From Clostridiaceae bacterium (GTDB taxonomy: Bacteria; Bacillota; Clostridia; Clostridiales; Caloramatoraceae), in NCBI GenBank assembly GCA_032095175.1, contig DAMCZI010000006.1, forward strand, positions 20,328 to 84,327: 64,000 nucleotides of DNA, given 5' to 3'. This document shows positions 16,829 to 26,318 of this stretch, piece by piece. Both the position numbers and the translations under genes were made by a program. The notes under the pieces are model-generated. The model had not been told where the DNA came from, did not search any database, and worked only from the letters and a program-made list of their open reading frames with translations. The number at the start of each line of letters is the position of its first letter. Position 1 is the first letter of the stretch.

Positions 16829-17800
16829 GTGGAAAACATAATAGAGGTTAAAGGTTTAACCAAAGAATTTACAGTATATAAAAAGAAGGGGTTTATAAAA
16901 AGGGAAGCTTCATTGGTAAAGGCAGTATCCGACATATCCTTTAATGTTGCTGAGGGAGAGATACTTGCATTTATAGGACCTAATGGAGCAGGAAAATCAA
17001 CAACAATAAAGATGTTAACAGGTATACTTCAGCCAACTGGTGGGAACATTTCTGTAATGGGCTTTAATCCTTCACGAGACAGAAGGAAAATTGCATATCA
17101 CATAGGTACTGTATTCGGTCAGAAATCACAGCTGTGGTTTCATCTTCCGCCAAGGGACAGCTTTGAGCTGTTGGGAAGCATATACGATGTTCCAAAGGAA
17201 AAGTTAAAAAAGAGAGTAGACTATCTTACAGAGGTTATGGAAATTGAAGATTTAATGGATATTCCCGTAAGAAAGCTTTCCCTCGGGCAGAGAATAAGAT
17301 GTGAAATTGCTGCCTCTTTAATACACAGTCCTGAAATAATGTTCCTTGACGAGCCAACAATAGGGCTTGATGTTATAGCAAAAAAGAACCTTAGAAATCT
17401 TATTAAAAGGATAAATCAAGAGGAGAAAACCACAATATTTCTAACCTCACACGACATGGGGGACATTGAAAAGCTCTGCAAAAGGATGATAATCATAAAC
17501 TGTGGAACAATCCTTTTAGACGATGATGTAAAAAATCTAAAATATAACTATGATAATAAAAAGGTGATATCAATAAGGTATGCCGAGGATATCAATAAAG
17601 AACCTGATGGACTCTCTATAATTAGTAAAGCACCAAATGGATTAAAGGTTGAAGTTGATACAGAAAAATCCAATATAGATCAGGTTGTTGGAAGCCTTTT
17701 TAAACTTGGGACAGTTGATGATATAAGTATATCATCTAAACCACTTGAGGATATTATAGGTGATATATACAGCCTAAGGCAGGTGAAGGGCGGTGCGTAA
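16829..17800 (+). CDS. ABC transporter ATP-binding protein (GTG start)
   Basis: Walker A GPNGAGKST, signature LSLGQRIR, Walker B IMFLDEPT. Confidence 0.9.
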   Translation: MENIIEVKGLTKEFTVYKKKGFIKREASLVKAVSDISFNVAEGEILAFIGPNGAGKSTTIKMLTGILQPTGGNISVMGFNPSRDRRKIAYHIGTVFGQKSQLWFHLPPRDSFELLGSIYDVPKEKLKKRVDYLTEVMEIEDLMDIPVRKLSLGQRIRCEIAASLIHSPEIMFLDEPTIGLDVIAKKNLRNLIKRINQEEKTTIFLTSHDMGDIEKLCKRMIIINCGTILLDDDVKNLKYNYDNKKVISIRYAEDINKEPDGLSIISKAPNGLKVEVDTEKSNIDQVVGSLFKLGTVDDISISSKPLEDIIGDIYSLRQVKGGA

Positions 17801-18575
17801 ATATTCTAAAATACTTCAAATAAGCCTTAAGAACAGCTTTGCATATATAAAGGATTTTATAATATCAAATCTTTTCATGATAGTTATAATACTTGTCTAT
17901 GTTCTTTTATGGAAAAGCATATATTCAAGTAAAATAAATATAGAATTCTCATTTAAAGAGATGATTTGGTACCTTATAGTAAACGAAATCGTTGTTTTAA
18001 GCAACAGTCAGGTGTTTAAGGATGTTGAAAGGGATATAAAAAATGGTGCAATTGCATACCACCTTAATAAGCCCTATAATTATCCTACCTTTATGTTCTT
18101 TGATACAATGGGAAAGAATATAACAAGCTTATTTATTAACCTTGTACTAGGAGGAATCCTCGGAATGGCTTTCGTTGGAGGAATTTCTTCATTAAAGGTA
18201 CAAAACATTCCTTTTATGCTTGTTAATATAATATTAGGTATTATACTAAACCTTATAATATATATCCTAATTTCTCTTTCATCCTTCTGGGTTGAGGAGA
18301 ACAGACCCTTTATATGGGTATACAGACAGTTTGTATTTGCTTTCGGAGGCTTCTTAGCTCCAATTACTCTTTTCCCAAAAGCAATATACAATATAACACT
18401 ACACATGCCATGGACTTATGTTGCATATCACACTGCAAGAAGTTGTGTAAAATTCAGCTTTGAAGGGTTTTTAACTACAGCCCTCTGGCAGATAGGATAT
18501 ATCCTTTTATTTGGAGGTCTTGCACTTTTAGTATTTAGAAAGGGGGCGAAGGTTTTAAATGTTAACGGCGGTTAA
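17793..18575 (+). CDS. ABC-2 family transporter permease
   Basis: 6 predicted TM helices; overlaps the ATPase gene by 8 nt. Confidence 0.7.
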   Translation: MRKYSKILQISLKNSFAYIKDFIISNLFMIVIILVYVLLWKSIYSSKINIEFSFKEMIWYLIVNEIVVLSNSQVFKDVERDIKNGAIAYHLNKPYNYPTFMFFDTMGKNITSLFINLVLGGILGMAFVGGISSLKVQNIPFMLVNIILGIILNLIIYILISLSSFWVEENRPFIWVYRQFVFAFGGFLAPITLFPKAIYNITLHMPWTYVAYHTARSCVKFSFEGFLTTALWQIGYILLFGGLALLVFRKGAKVLNVNGG

Positions 18576-19356
18576 AAAACATTTTAGTCTTATAATGAAA
18601 TATTTTGTATTCAATCTTAAATGCAGCTTGGAATACAGAACATCCTTTATTCTTCAGGTTGTAGGGATGGTTATAAACAATTCATCCTTTCTATTCTTTT
18701 GGAGTGTGCTATTTAACAATGTTAATAATATAAAGGGCTATACCTTTTCAGATATTATGGTGCTCTGGGGACTTGCAACCTCAACCTATGGCTTTGTTTA
18801 TATATTTTTAGGAAATGTAGGGGATCTATCAAACCTTATTGTATCAGGTGGGCTTGACAGTTACCTCATTCAGCCTAGGGATGTTGTAATAAACTCCTGT
18901 GCCTCAAGAACTCAGATGTCTGCATGGGGAGATTTACTATATGGGTTTATATTGTTCTTTATTTCCGGTAGTGTAACCTTAAAGGGACTGCTACTATTTA
19001 CCCTATTTACTATAACTGGAGGACTGATATTTTTCTCAACCCTCCTTGTAGCCAATTCCCTATCCCTTTATCTTGGGAGCATCGAAAGCAGTAAAAGAAT
19101 GATAGAGATGTTTTTTGTAACCTTCTCAACCTATCCAAAGGGCATATTCGGTAAATACCTCAGAATGGTATTTTATTCAATACTACCAATAGGCTTTGTT
19201 GTTTACATGCCCGCTGAAATAGTAAGAAACTTCGATTTTATAAAAATGCTAATCGTTTTCGCAGCAACAGCACTTTATCTTTTAATTGCCTATGGAATAT
19301 TCTATAGAGGGCTTAAAAGGTATGAGTCAGGAAACCTTATGGAGGGGAAGATATAA
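18559..19356 (+). CDS. ABC-2 family transporter permease (second subunit)
   Basis: 6 predicted TM helices; overlaps the upstream permease gene by 17 nt. Confidence 0.7.
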   Translation: MLTAVKKHFSLIMKYFVFNLKCSLEYRTSFILQVVGMVINNSSFLFFWSVLFNNVNNIKGYTFSDIMVLWGLATSTYGFVYIFLGNVGDLSNLIVSGGLDSYLIQPRDVVINSCASRTQMSAWGDLLYGFILFFISGSVTLKGLLLFTLFTITGGLIFFSTLLVANSLSLYLGSIESSKRMIEMFFVTFSTYPKGIFGKYLRMVFYSILPIGFVVYMPAEIVRNFDFIKMLIVFAATALYLLIAYGIFYRGLKRYESGNLMEGKI

Positions 19357-19361
19357 AAGAA

Positions 19362-19398
19362 GCCAGCCTCTTGAAATGTCAAATGTCAAGAGGCTGGC
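19362..19398. terminator. hairpin gccagcctcttga...tcaagaggctggc; T-run on the minus strand
   Basis: read directly; near-identical hairpin at 23453-23482. Confidence 0.55.
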
Positions 19399-19549
19399 AC
19401 ATTTACCCTATCTCATCTTTTCACTGCATTATTAGTATTATGAAGTATTATACTTTATTAGTATAATTGATTTAACTATATTGGGCTATTATTATTTTTT
19501 GTGCAGTTACCCTATTATTAATTATGCATTTATTTTAGTAGTGCCATAA

Positions 19550-19990
19550 TTATGGTTCAATTTTCTCTAATAACTCTTTAAAATTGTTAAAAATTAAATA
19601 CGTGTTTTCATCATCTGTAGATTCATCAAAATTATATGAATCATCCCAATAATATATTCCTTGCAAATCTCCCTCAGTAATCATTACTATTATACCTTGT
19701 AATAAATCGTCACCTATTATAATAGCATGTTCCATTAAATCATCACCTAATTTATTCATCCAAGTACTAATATCTGATGTCTTACTTTCTGTATTTATCC
19801 CATAAAGTACATCTATATTAATATATTCATCTATACTTTCAATATATATCTTATTTTCTTTCTTTTTATCTACTATTCCACCATTATAGTTAGCTAAAAA
19901 TTCTTTATATTCATCTGGCAAACTCACATTGAATTTTTTCTCTAAACCTTCTATTTCTAATTTAGATGCATTACCAAATTTATTTATCAA
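19550..19990 (-). CDS. SMI1/KNR4 (SUKH-1) family immunity protein
   Basis: LPDEYKEFLANYNGG and overall SUKH-like pattern; its RBS lies directly after the stop of the upstream toxin fragment. Confidence 0.7.
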   Translation of the reverse strand: MINKFGNASKLEIEGLEKKFNVSLPDEYKEFLANYNGGIVDKKKENKIYIESIDEYINIDVLYGINTESKTSDISTWMNKLGDDLMEHAIIIGDDLLQGIIVMITEGDLQGIYYWDDSYNFDESTDDENTYLIFNNFKELLEKIEP

Positions 19991-20006
19991 AATAAATCAA
20001 CTCCTT

Positions 20007-20168
20007 TTACTTTTTCTTCTTTATAGACATACCGCCTCTATGAGTGTAGTCTTTGTGAATTTCTTTATTAACTTCTTGCATTATTTTTCCGTCTTGATTA
20101 TGGTGCCATGTATTATTTATAGCATCTCTTGGTCCATTAGGTGCTAATTCATCGGCTGTAACACTTAC
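20007..20168 (-). pseudogene. orphan C-terminal fragment of a WHH-family HNH/EndoVII nuclease toxin domain
   Basis: translation ...NTWHHNQDGKIMQEVNKEIHKDYTHRGG matches the WHH motif (TWHH..DGxxMQ.V....H....H.GG); in-frame stop directly upstream and no start codon. Confidence 0.6.
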
Positions 20169-20393
20169 TTATCAGCTTATGATGGTTTTGCAATCCTTGT
20201 TATCTTGGATTTAAATCTATTTCAACACATAAAAACATTAATGCTCCAATTACTAAAACATTAACCTTTGTAACTTCTTTAACTGCATTATTTAGGTTAT
20301 GTAGTATTAAATTTTCTTACTGTTATTGATTTATCTATATTGTACTATTACTGTTTTTTATGCAGTTAACTGAATTATAGTTTTGCATCCTAG

Positions 20394-20816
20394 TTATTCA
20401 ATCTCCAATTCAAATGAACCATTTACTTCTATTGTTGTATCAACTTCTATTTCTACATCATCTTCAAATTCAACTACAATATCATCACCTAAGTCTTTAA
20501 TTCTACACACAATAATATCACTATCATCTATTTTTTTTACTGTTGCTATTGCAGTAATATTTGAAGAATTATTAATAGATTGAATAAATCCATTTCTATA
20601 CTCATCTATAACTTTGAATTCTGTTACTAAGTCTATTTTTAGACTACCATTTATAGTATCACCTTTTTTTCTCTTGATTGGAATATTAGTATTCTCCAGA
20701 TATTCATCATATTCTATAAAATGAACATATACTCCTTCCAGAGAACTATTCACTTTAATTCTAGCCCATCTTTCATAGCCATCTCCATATATTTCTTCAA
20801 TCTCATAACTTTTCAT
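20394..20816 (-). CDS. hypothetical acidic protein, putative immunity protein of the adjacent degraded toxin module
   Basis: position directly downstream of a toxin-like remnant; no recognised domain. Confidence 0.35.
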   Translation of the reverse strand: MKSYEIEEIYGDGYERWARIKVNSSLEGVYVHFIEYDEYLENTNIPIKRKKGDTINGSLKIDLVTEFKVIDEYRNGFIQSINNSSNITAIATVKKIDDSDIIVCRIKDLGDDIVVEFEDDVEIEVDTTIEVNGSFELEIE

Positions 20817-20831
20817 TATTAAAACTCCTTA

Positions 20832-21180
20832 TTATAATTTGTTGAATGATTTTATGTCACTAGGCATCATTGATTGGATTTTTCCATCTTTAAATATTAC
20901 TACAACACCTTTTTTAGGCCTTGCCACTCCCTCTAAGTAATATATCTGTTTTCCATTAACTTCTCTAAATATACCATTATTTTTAACTTTTAACACTTGA
21001 TCAGTAAAATTGTTAAATCCATCTACAGTATTCTCAAATTCTGATGCATCAAATCCTTATCTTTCTGCTAATGAAGGTATACGTTATGGAGACTTTAACA
21101 TTTGGTCTCTTATAGGTTTAGCCGCCCCCTTAGTAGCAATACCTTCTGTTGAAGCACTTCCTACTGCACCATTTTATGCT
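20832..21180 (-). pseudogene. degraded toxin C-terminal domain remnant (multiple in-frame stops)
   Basis: translation ...NGAVGSASTEGIATKGAAKPIRDQMLKSP*RIPSLAER*GFDASEFENTVDGFNNFTDQVLKVKNNGIFREVNGKQIYYLEGVARPKKGVVVIFKDGKIQSMMPSDIKSFNKL*; last 75 codons are open. Confidence 0.35.
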
Positions 21181-21768
21181 GAAATACTTTTATTGTATTC
21201 AACATTCTCTGCAAGTCTTCCATTGCTGTACATCGTTATTGTGTTTTTTATTCCGAATCTCTCTACTCCTTCCATGATTAACGAAAGTTCAGCTGCGCCA
21301 AAACACACTGCTCCTATTTTAAATCCTGTATCAATAACATCAATCATGTCTCGGGGACCTATGGTCAGAAGTTATGTCGGTGGAAGAACAAGTTCAGCAG
21401 ATTATAAAGGAGTTTGAGGATTATCTGGGTACTCGTGACATAGAGGCCGTAAAAGCTATAATGCTGTTGTCAGAATACTAATAGGCAACAGAGCCACCGA
21501 TAAAAACCTCCGGTTTTTTAATGGATAAGTTATGTGTTCCAACACATGCAAATTTACTCCTCTACTTCAAGGAAAGCTACAAAGGCAGAAGTATCTCCAA
21601 CATAGCTTTCTATTGTTTTTAAGTTCTTTCCTCCTTTGATTGTTTTAGGCATAGAAAAAAGGCTAACGCATTTTTCATCAGCGTTAACCTTCATTATTAC
21701 TATAAATATATATTTGACTTTTACTTTTGTTACTACTTACTGCATAAATGAGATTAGCTCATAATTGC

Positions 21769-22044
21769 TTATTCCTCAATGTTATATATCTTTACAGCAG
21801 CATCCTTTCCATTCTCAAAAAAGTACAACCTTTCGCATTTTGGACATCTCCATACATTATATTTAGGGGATGGAATCATAATTGGGTCAATGGAATCTAC
21901 ATTTAGAATATCATCCCATTCCTTATCAGTGTATACTTTTAATTCAATATCATTTGGTGCTTCATTGTTTGATAGTAGTTCACCACATCTACATGTCATT
22001 TTCGCCATAGTTTTCACCTCCTTATTATTCCATCTGCTGTCCAT
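21769..22044 (-). CDS. small CxxC...CxxC zinc-ribbon protein, putative immunity protein
   Basis: CRCGE...CPKCE motifs; overlaps the upstream toxin-domain ORF by 31 nt. Confidence 0.45.
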   Translation of the reverse strand: MDSRWNNKEVKTMAKMTCRCGELLSNNEAPNDIELKVYTDKEWDDILNVDSIDPIMIPSPKYNVWRCPKCERLYFFENGKDAAVKIYNIEE

Positions 22045-22430
22045 ATTTGTACATTTCCTGGTAATTTCCCTTTGTATACTCCAGTAGCCCTATTTAATAT
22101 AGTATTGGCTTGGTCAGCTGTAATTCCCACACCTCTTCCATCTATAATAACAGCCTGTGCACCTTGTTTAAAAGCATCTTGAATTCTAGTTACAGGAGTA
22201 TTTAAGCTTGTTCCAGTTAATGTTTTAAGTTCTGTTTTAACACCATTTATTAAGAAATCTGGTGTTTTAACTCCTTGTGCTACTGAACGTGGTATAATTT
22301 CAACGTTCTTACCACTGCTTAATAAATCATTTATAACTGTTCTTTCTGCTTGAATTAAGTCTGTTAAAGAACCTGTTAATTTACCAGCATTACTTACGGC
22401 CTTAGCAGCAGCTTCAGAAGCCTTGTCCAT
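22014..22430 (-). CDS. orphan polymorphic-toxin C-terminal module, PD-(D/E)xK nuclease-like (Tox-REase-like), preceded by a decayed pre-toxin linker
   Basis: PD...ExK motif (KTPDFLINGVKTELKTL); AGKLTG (PT-TG-like) near the N-terminus. The frame stays open 75 nt upstream of the ATG to an in-frame TGA at ~22506, and the repeated DVAKxTExISD linker continues beyond with further stops. Confidence 0.45.
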   Translation of the reverse strand: MDKASEAAAKAVSNAGKLTGSLTDLIQAERTVINDLLSSGKNVEIIPRSVAQGVKTPDFLINGVKTELKTLTGTSLNTPVTRIQDAFKQGAQAVIIDGRGVGITADQANTILNRATGVYKGKLPGNVQIWTADGIIRR

Positions 22431-22814
22431 TTCTTTTGTAATATCACTTACATTTTCAGTTGCTTTTGCAACATCACTTATAGCTTCAGTCTTTTTCGCA
22501 ACATCTCATACAGTATCTAGATTTTTTATAGATGTCTTTACTAGTGTGCCTACTTCATTCCCATATTTTATTGCTCAAACAATTGGCAATACGCTTATTA
22601 GGTCTAATAGTGCTTGGCCAGCATGCCCCTCTTTTTCAAGAACATACAACACCACTGAAATACAAAATTTGCTTATTATAATTATGGCAAATTATTTTAC
22701 TTTTTCAAAACAATAAAATCCTCTACTAATAAATTCCCATTCATATTAAGCTAACAGAAAATAAGTATAATAGACAGATTCAAACGAATCTATCTATGCT
22801 TCCAGATTGGTCTG

Positions 22815-23276
22815 TTATGAAAAAAAATGTATTTTTTTAGATAGCAAAAATTGCTTAATGTTAGAACTTTCCTCGTAAAACATTATAATCATCATATCAT
22901 TATCTCCCTCAGCATAAAAAAATACATTTGTAATTTCATCACCTTCTAATGTAAAAGCTAAAAATTTATATAGGCTATCTAAGTTAATTAATTGTTCTAT
23001 TTCCTTAGAGTTATTAGCTAGATAACATGAAGTATCAGTTAAATCAAAATTATCAAATGCTTTTTCTATAATTTGATTTAGTATATTTTTAGGTATGGCA
23101 ATTTTATTTTGTTTCAGTATTGTTTTTACTAATTCTGATTCATCATTAATATGCCAGTCTATAATAGAATTTTCAACTACAAATACTAATCTTTTATCTC
23201 TACAAAACTGAGATAATGCTTCTATAAAATTTTGCAAGCCATTGGTCTTATTTTCATCAATACACATGCCTAACAT
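22815..23276 (-). CDS. hypothetical protein (possible solitary immunity-type protein)
   Basis: 153-aa acidic ORF with no recognisable domain; context only. Confidence 0.3.
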   Translation of the reverse strand: MLGMCIDENKTNGLQNFIEALSQFCRDKRLVFVVENSIIDWHINDESELVKTILKQNKIAIPKNILNQIIEKAFDNFDLTDTSCYLANNSKEIEQLINLDSLYKFLAFTLEGDEITNVFFYAEGDNDMMIIMFYEESSNIKQFLLSKKIHFFS

Positions 23277-23452
23277 ATATTATCAGCCTCCAACTGAATA
23301 ATTTTATTAACTTTGAGAAAGCACTCTTATTTCAAGACTTAATTATTCACATTTTCTGCAATTAGATTGAATTTCCATACTATATATGTACATACTTGTG
23401 CATATTTCAATTACATCCATATTATAACATACTATGCATAACAACCCAAAAT

Positions 23453-23482
23453 GCCAGCCTCTTGACATTCAAGAAGCTGGCA
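23453..23482. terminator. hairpin gccagcctcttgacattcaagaagctggc (terminator of 23498-24493, minus strand)
   Basis: near-identical to the hairpin at 19362-19398. Confidence 0.5.
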
Positions 23483-23497
23483 CTAATACTTTACTTA

Positions 23498-24493
23498 TTA
23501 AATATCCGCAGGGAAAACCAAACCCACTTGTTTCCTTATTTCATCCATTGTCTCCATCACTATCCTGGAAACTTCTAAGGAATTAATTTGAGATTCCATC
23601 TTCCCTTTATTTATTAAATCTATGAACTCCTGAACTTCGTAGCACATATCCTCAGTAATATGATGTATTGATAAGTCTTCTTCACTGCCATTTCTAAACC
23701 TTATCCTTACCCTTTCGAAATTGCCAATCCTATCTATTATTATACTTCCATCTTCACCTTGAATTTCTGAGGGCAAGTATGAATTAGCTATTTTTGAATA
23801 CATGACTACTGCATCCATGTCATCATATTTAAATAATGCACTGCCTTCTCCATCAACACCAGAGTCAAGAAATACAGAATTCGCCTTTATCTCATTTGGT
23901 CTTCCAAACAGGTTAACCATGGGGTGAATACAATAAACTCCAATATCCATAAGTGCACCATTTGACAGCTCTGGTTTAAAGGCGTTTAAAACTATGCCTT
24001 CCTTGTATTTATCATATCTTGAAGAGTATTGGCAGTAGCTTGCAAAATACCTTCTTACTTCACCTATTCTATGAAGGTTATCCTTAACAACTTTAAAGTT
24101 TGGAAGAAGCGTTGTTTTCATAGCTTCCATTAAAACAACATCATTTTCCCTTGCAGCTTCTATCATATTAATTACCTGCTTTGTATTTGATGCAAATGCC
24201 TTTTCACATAACACATGCTTTTTATTCTTAAGAAATAGTATTGCCTGCTCTCCATGAAGGGCATTTGGTGATGCAATATAAACACCATCAATCAAAGGAC
24301 TTTTTGCCATTTCCTCTAAATCAGTAAAAACCGCTTCCACACCATATTTTTTCGCAAAGGTTATTCCATTTTCTTTGTTTCTTGAATAAACTGCTGTTAA
24401 CTCAAAGCCTTCTACCTTTGATGCACCTTTCAAAAACCATTCAGTTATTTTACTTGTACCTATAACTCCAAATTTAACAGGTTTTATATCCAT
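23498..24493 (-). CDS. Gfo/Idh/MocA-family NAD(P)-dependent oxidoreductase
   Basis: N-terminal Rossmann fold (KFGVIGTSKITEWF), EKAFASN motif, C-terminal alpha/beta domain. Confidence 0.85.
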   Translation of the reverse strand: MDIKPVKFGVIGTSKITEWFLKGASKVEGFELTAVYSRNKENGITFAKKYGVEAVFTDLEEMAKSPLIDGVYIASPNALHGEQAILFLKNKKHVLCEKAFASNTKQVINMIEAARENDVVLMEAMKTTLLPNFKVVKDNLHRIGEVRRYFASYCQYSSRYDKYKEGIVLNAFKPELSNGALMDIGVYCIHPMVNLFGRPNEIKANSVFLDSGVDGEGSALFKYDDMDAVVMYSKIANSYLPSEIQGEDGSIIIDRIGNFERVRIRFRNGSEEDLSIHHITEDMCYEVQEFIDLINKGKMESQINSLEVSRIVMETMDEIRKQVGLVFPADI

Positions 24494-24623
24494 ACTTCTT
24501 CCTCCATCTCTTTCTGCTTATTTAGAATACTAATAGCATATATAAAAATCAGAATTTATTACATTTGTTATTTTTAGATTTAACAACATTCTGCTCATTA
24601 ATGACCCTTCCCTTATAAATGGA

Positions 24624-25778
24624 TCATGGAAGTAATATAACTTGATATAAAAATTTACAAGCAGTTTCAATTATATCATCCGGAAAATCATATTCATTGG
24701 TGTGAAGTTGGGGATGTTCCGGCCCTGAACCTATACCAAACATAGCACCACTTGTTACTTTTAAATACTGCCCAAAATCCTCTGACCATCTAAAGGGAAC
24801 ATCAAGTTCTTCAGCCTTGTATTTATTATCTTCAACAATCTTTCTAAATTTCTTAATGGCTTCACTATGGTTTCTAGTTTCAGGAAATTCATCGCAAAAG
24901 GATATGGTATAAGCTAATCCTTCTCTTTTTGAAACCTTATCAGTATAATTCCTTATACTGTCTTCAACCCTGTTTAATTCATCCTCATTTTCTGCCCTTA
25001 TTGTCATCATTATCTCTCCAAAACCAGCAGAAGTTCCAAAGGCTCTTTCTCCAATGGAAACATTTATTATGGTGCACAGCACCATTCCATTATAGCCACC
25101 CATTTTAGGGACTTCATTTATAAATTTAATTATATCAGCCGCAGCATTTGATGGATTGATTCCATACTCTGGATAAGCAGCATGTGAAGGCTTGCCTTTA
25201 AGGCTAATAATCATTCCCTTAGAAGCACATGCAAATACATCCTTTTTAATAAGTATGCTGCCCTTCTCATGCTTTGGTATGTTGTGAAAAGAATAAATCT
25301 CCTCTATTCTATTTTTCTCTAAAAAGCCATCATCAACTATTAATTTTGCTCCTTTACCTGTTTCTTCAGCAGGTTGGAATAATAAATATATGTTTTTATT
25401 ATTTATTTTGTTTTTTTCAACCATAAAAGCAAGTGCACATATTATGGTAGCATGTCCATCATGTCCACATTTATGTGATATCCCTTTATTTACAGAACAG
25501 TAGTCTAAATCTAAGCTTTCCTCTATCGGCAAGGCATCAATATCTCCCCTAACAGCAATACCAGGCAAGTCCTTCCCATTATCACATACAGCATAAAAAT
25601 ATCCTTCCCTCTCTACTATCCTAAAGGAAGTATGCTGCTTTATAAAATCCTTGAGTATATTAATTGTTGTCCTTTCCTCTCCCGAAAGCTCAGGGTTTTT
25701 ATGAAGCAAATGCCTTAATTCTATACACAACTGAATTTCTTCTTTACTTAAATTAACCATCAAGAGGACCCCTTCCAT
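24624..25778 (-). CDS. M20D-family amidohydrolase (N-acyl-amino acid amidohydrolase / hippurate hydrolase-like)
   Basis: metal-binding motifs HKCGHDGH, QPAEE, HAAYPEYG. Confidence 0.8.
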   Translation of the reverse strand: MEGVLLMVNLSKEEIQLCIELRHLLHKNPELSGEERTTINILKDFIKQHTSFRIVEREGYFYAVCDNGKDLPGIAVRGDIDALPIEESLDLDYCSVNKGISHKCGHDGHATIICALAFMVEKNKINNKNIYLLFQPAEETGKGAKLIVDDGFLEKNRIEEIYSFHNIPKHEKGSILIKKDVFACASKGMIISLKGKPSHAAYPEYGINPSNAAADIIKFINEVPKMGGYNGMVLCTIINVSIGERAFGTSAGFGEIMMTIRAENEDELNRVEDSIRNYTDKVSKREGLAYTISFCDEFPETRNHSEAIKKFRKIVEDNKYKAEELDVPFRWSEDFGQYLKVTSGAMFGIGSGPEHPQLHTNEYDFPDDIIETACKFLYQVILLP

Positions 25779-26017
25779 ACTTTATTAGATATGCCAGCGA
25801 AACCTTAGAAAAACTTAATTTTATTATGTGTTGTATTATGCATTATCCGCTTAATATTTATAGTACAATTGTACCAAATAACAAAGGCGTCAGCAAAAAA
25901 CTTAATTAAATAATTTAACCTATAGAAAAATGATTACTTTGTAATATTTTTTAATCCAACAAGTCTTTTACAGTTTAGTATTGAATTTTAAATTTTATAG
26001 TGATAGAATCTATTAAA

Positions 26018-26248
26018 ATAGCGTTGATGGAAGCTAAGATTATTTGTACGAATACTAAGAGAGTCGGTGGTTGGTGCAAACCGATGTATTCAGTAATCCC
26101 TCCACTTCCGTAGCTACTGGTGATGAATCAGAAGGATTGTACCCTTTATAGTACTTTAAGTGGCTGTACTTGTACAGCAAGCTGAGTGGCACCACGGGAT
26201 TAACCTCTCGTCTCTGTTTTTATGGAGATGAGGGGTTTTTTATATGTT
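26018..26248 (+). promoter_or_regulatory. T-box leader (tRNA-Ser-responsive) with intrinsic terminator, upstream of serS
   Basis: Stem I with AGAGA bulge; T-box sequence AGCUGAGUGGCACCACGGG; terminator ccucucgucuc...gagaugagggg followed by U6. Confidence 0.75.
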
Positions 26249-26318
26249 TAATTTTGCTTCATAGCTGTACTTGATATAAGCTAAGTTCTCAACCATATAA
26301 AAATAAGGAGGTTTTTTT

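Noticed and set aside
21010-21417. 135-aa plus-strand ORF and short minus-strand ORF MIDVIDTGFKIG... (21174-21348)
   Set aside because: Both lie in the decayed region between toxin modules with frame-disrupted remnants on the opposite strand and no convincing RBS; they are most likely debris, although the 58-aa minus-strand ORF could be a gene fragment
22423-22716. 97-aa plus-strand ORF upstream of the toxin module
   Set aside because: The minus strand here encodes the decayed pre-toxin linker repeats; the plus-strand ORF has no RBS and a Ser/Thr-rich low-complexity product
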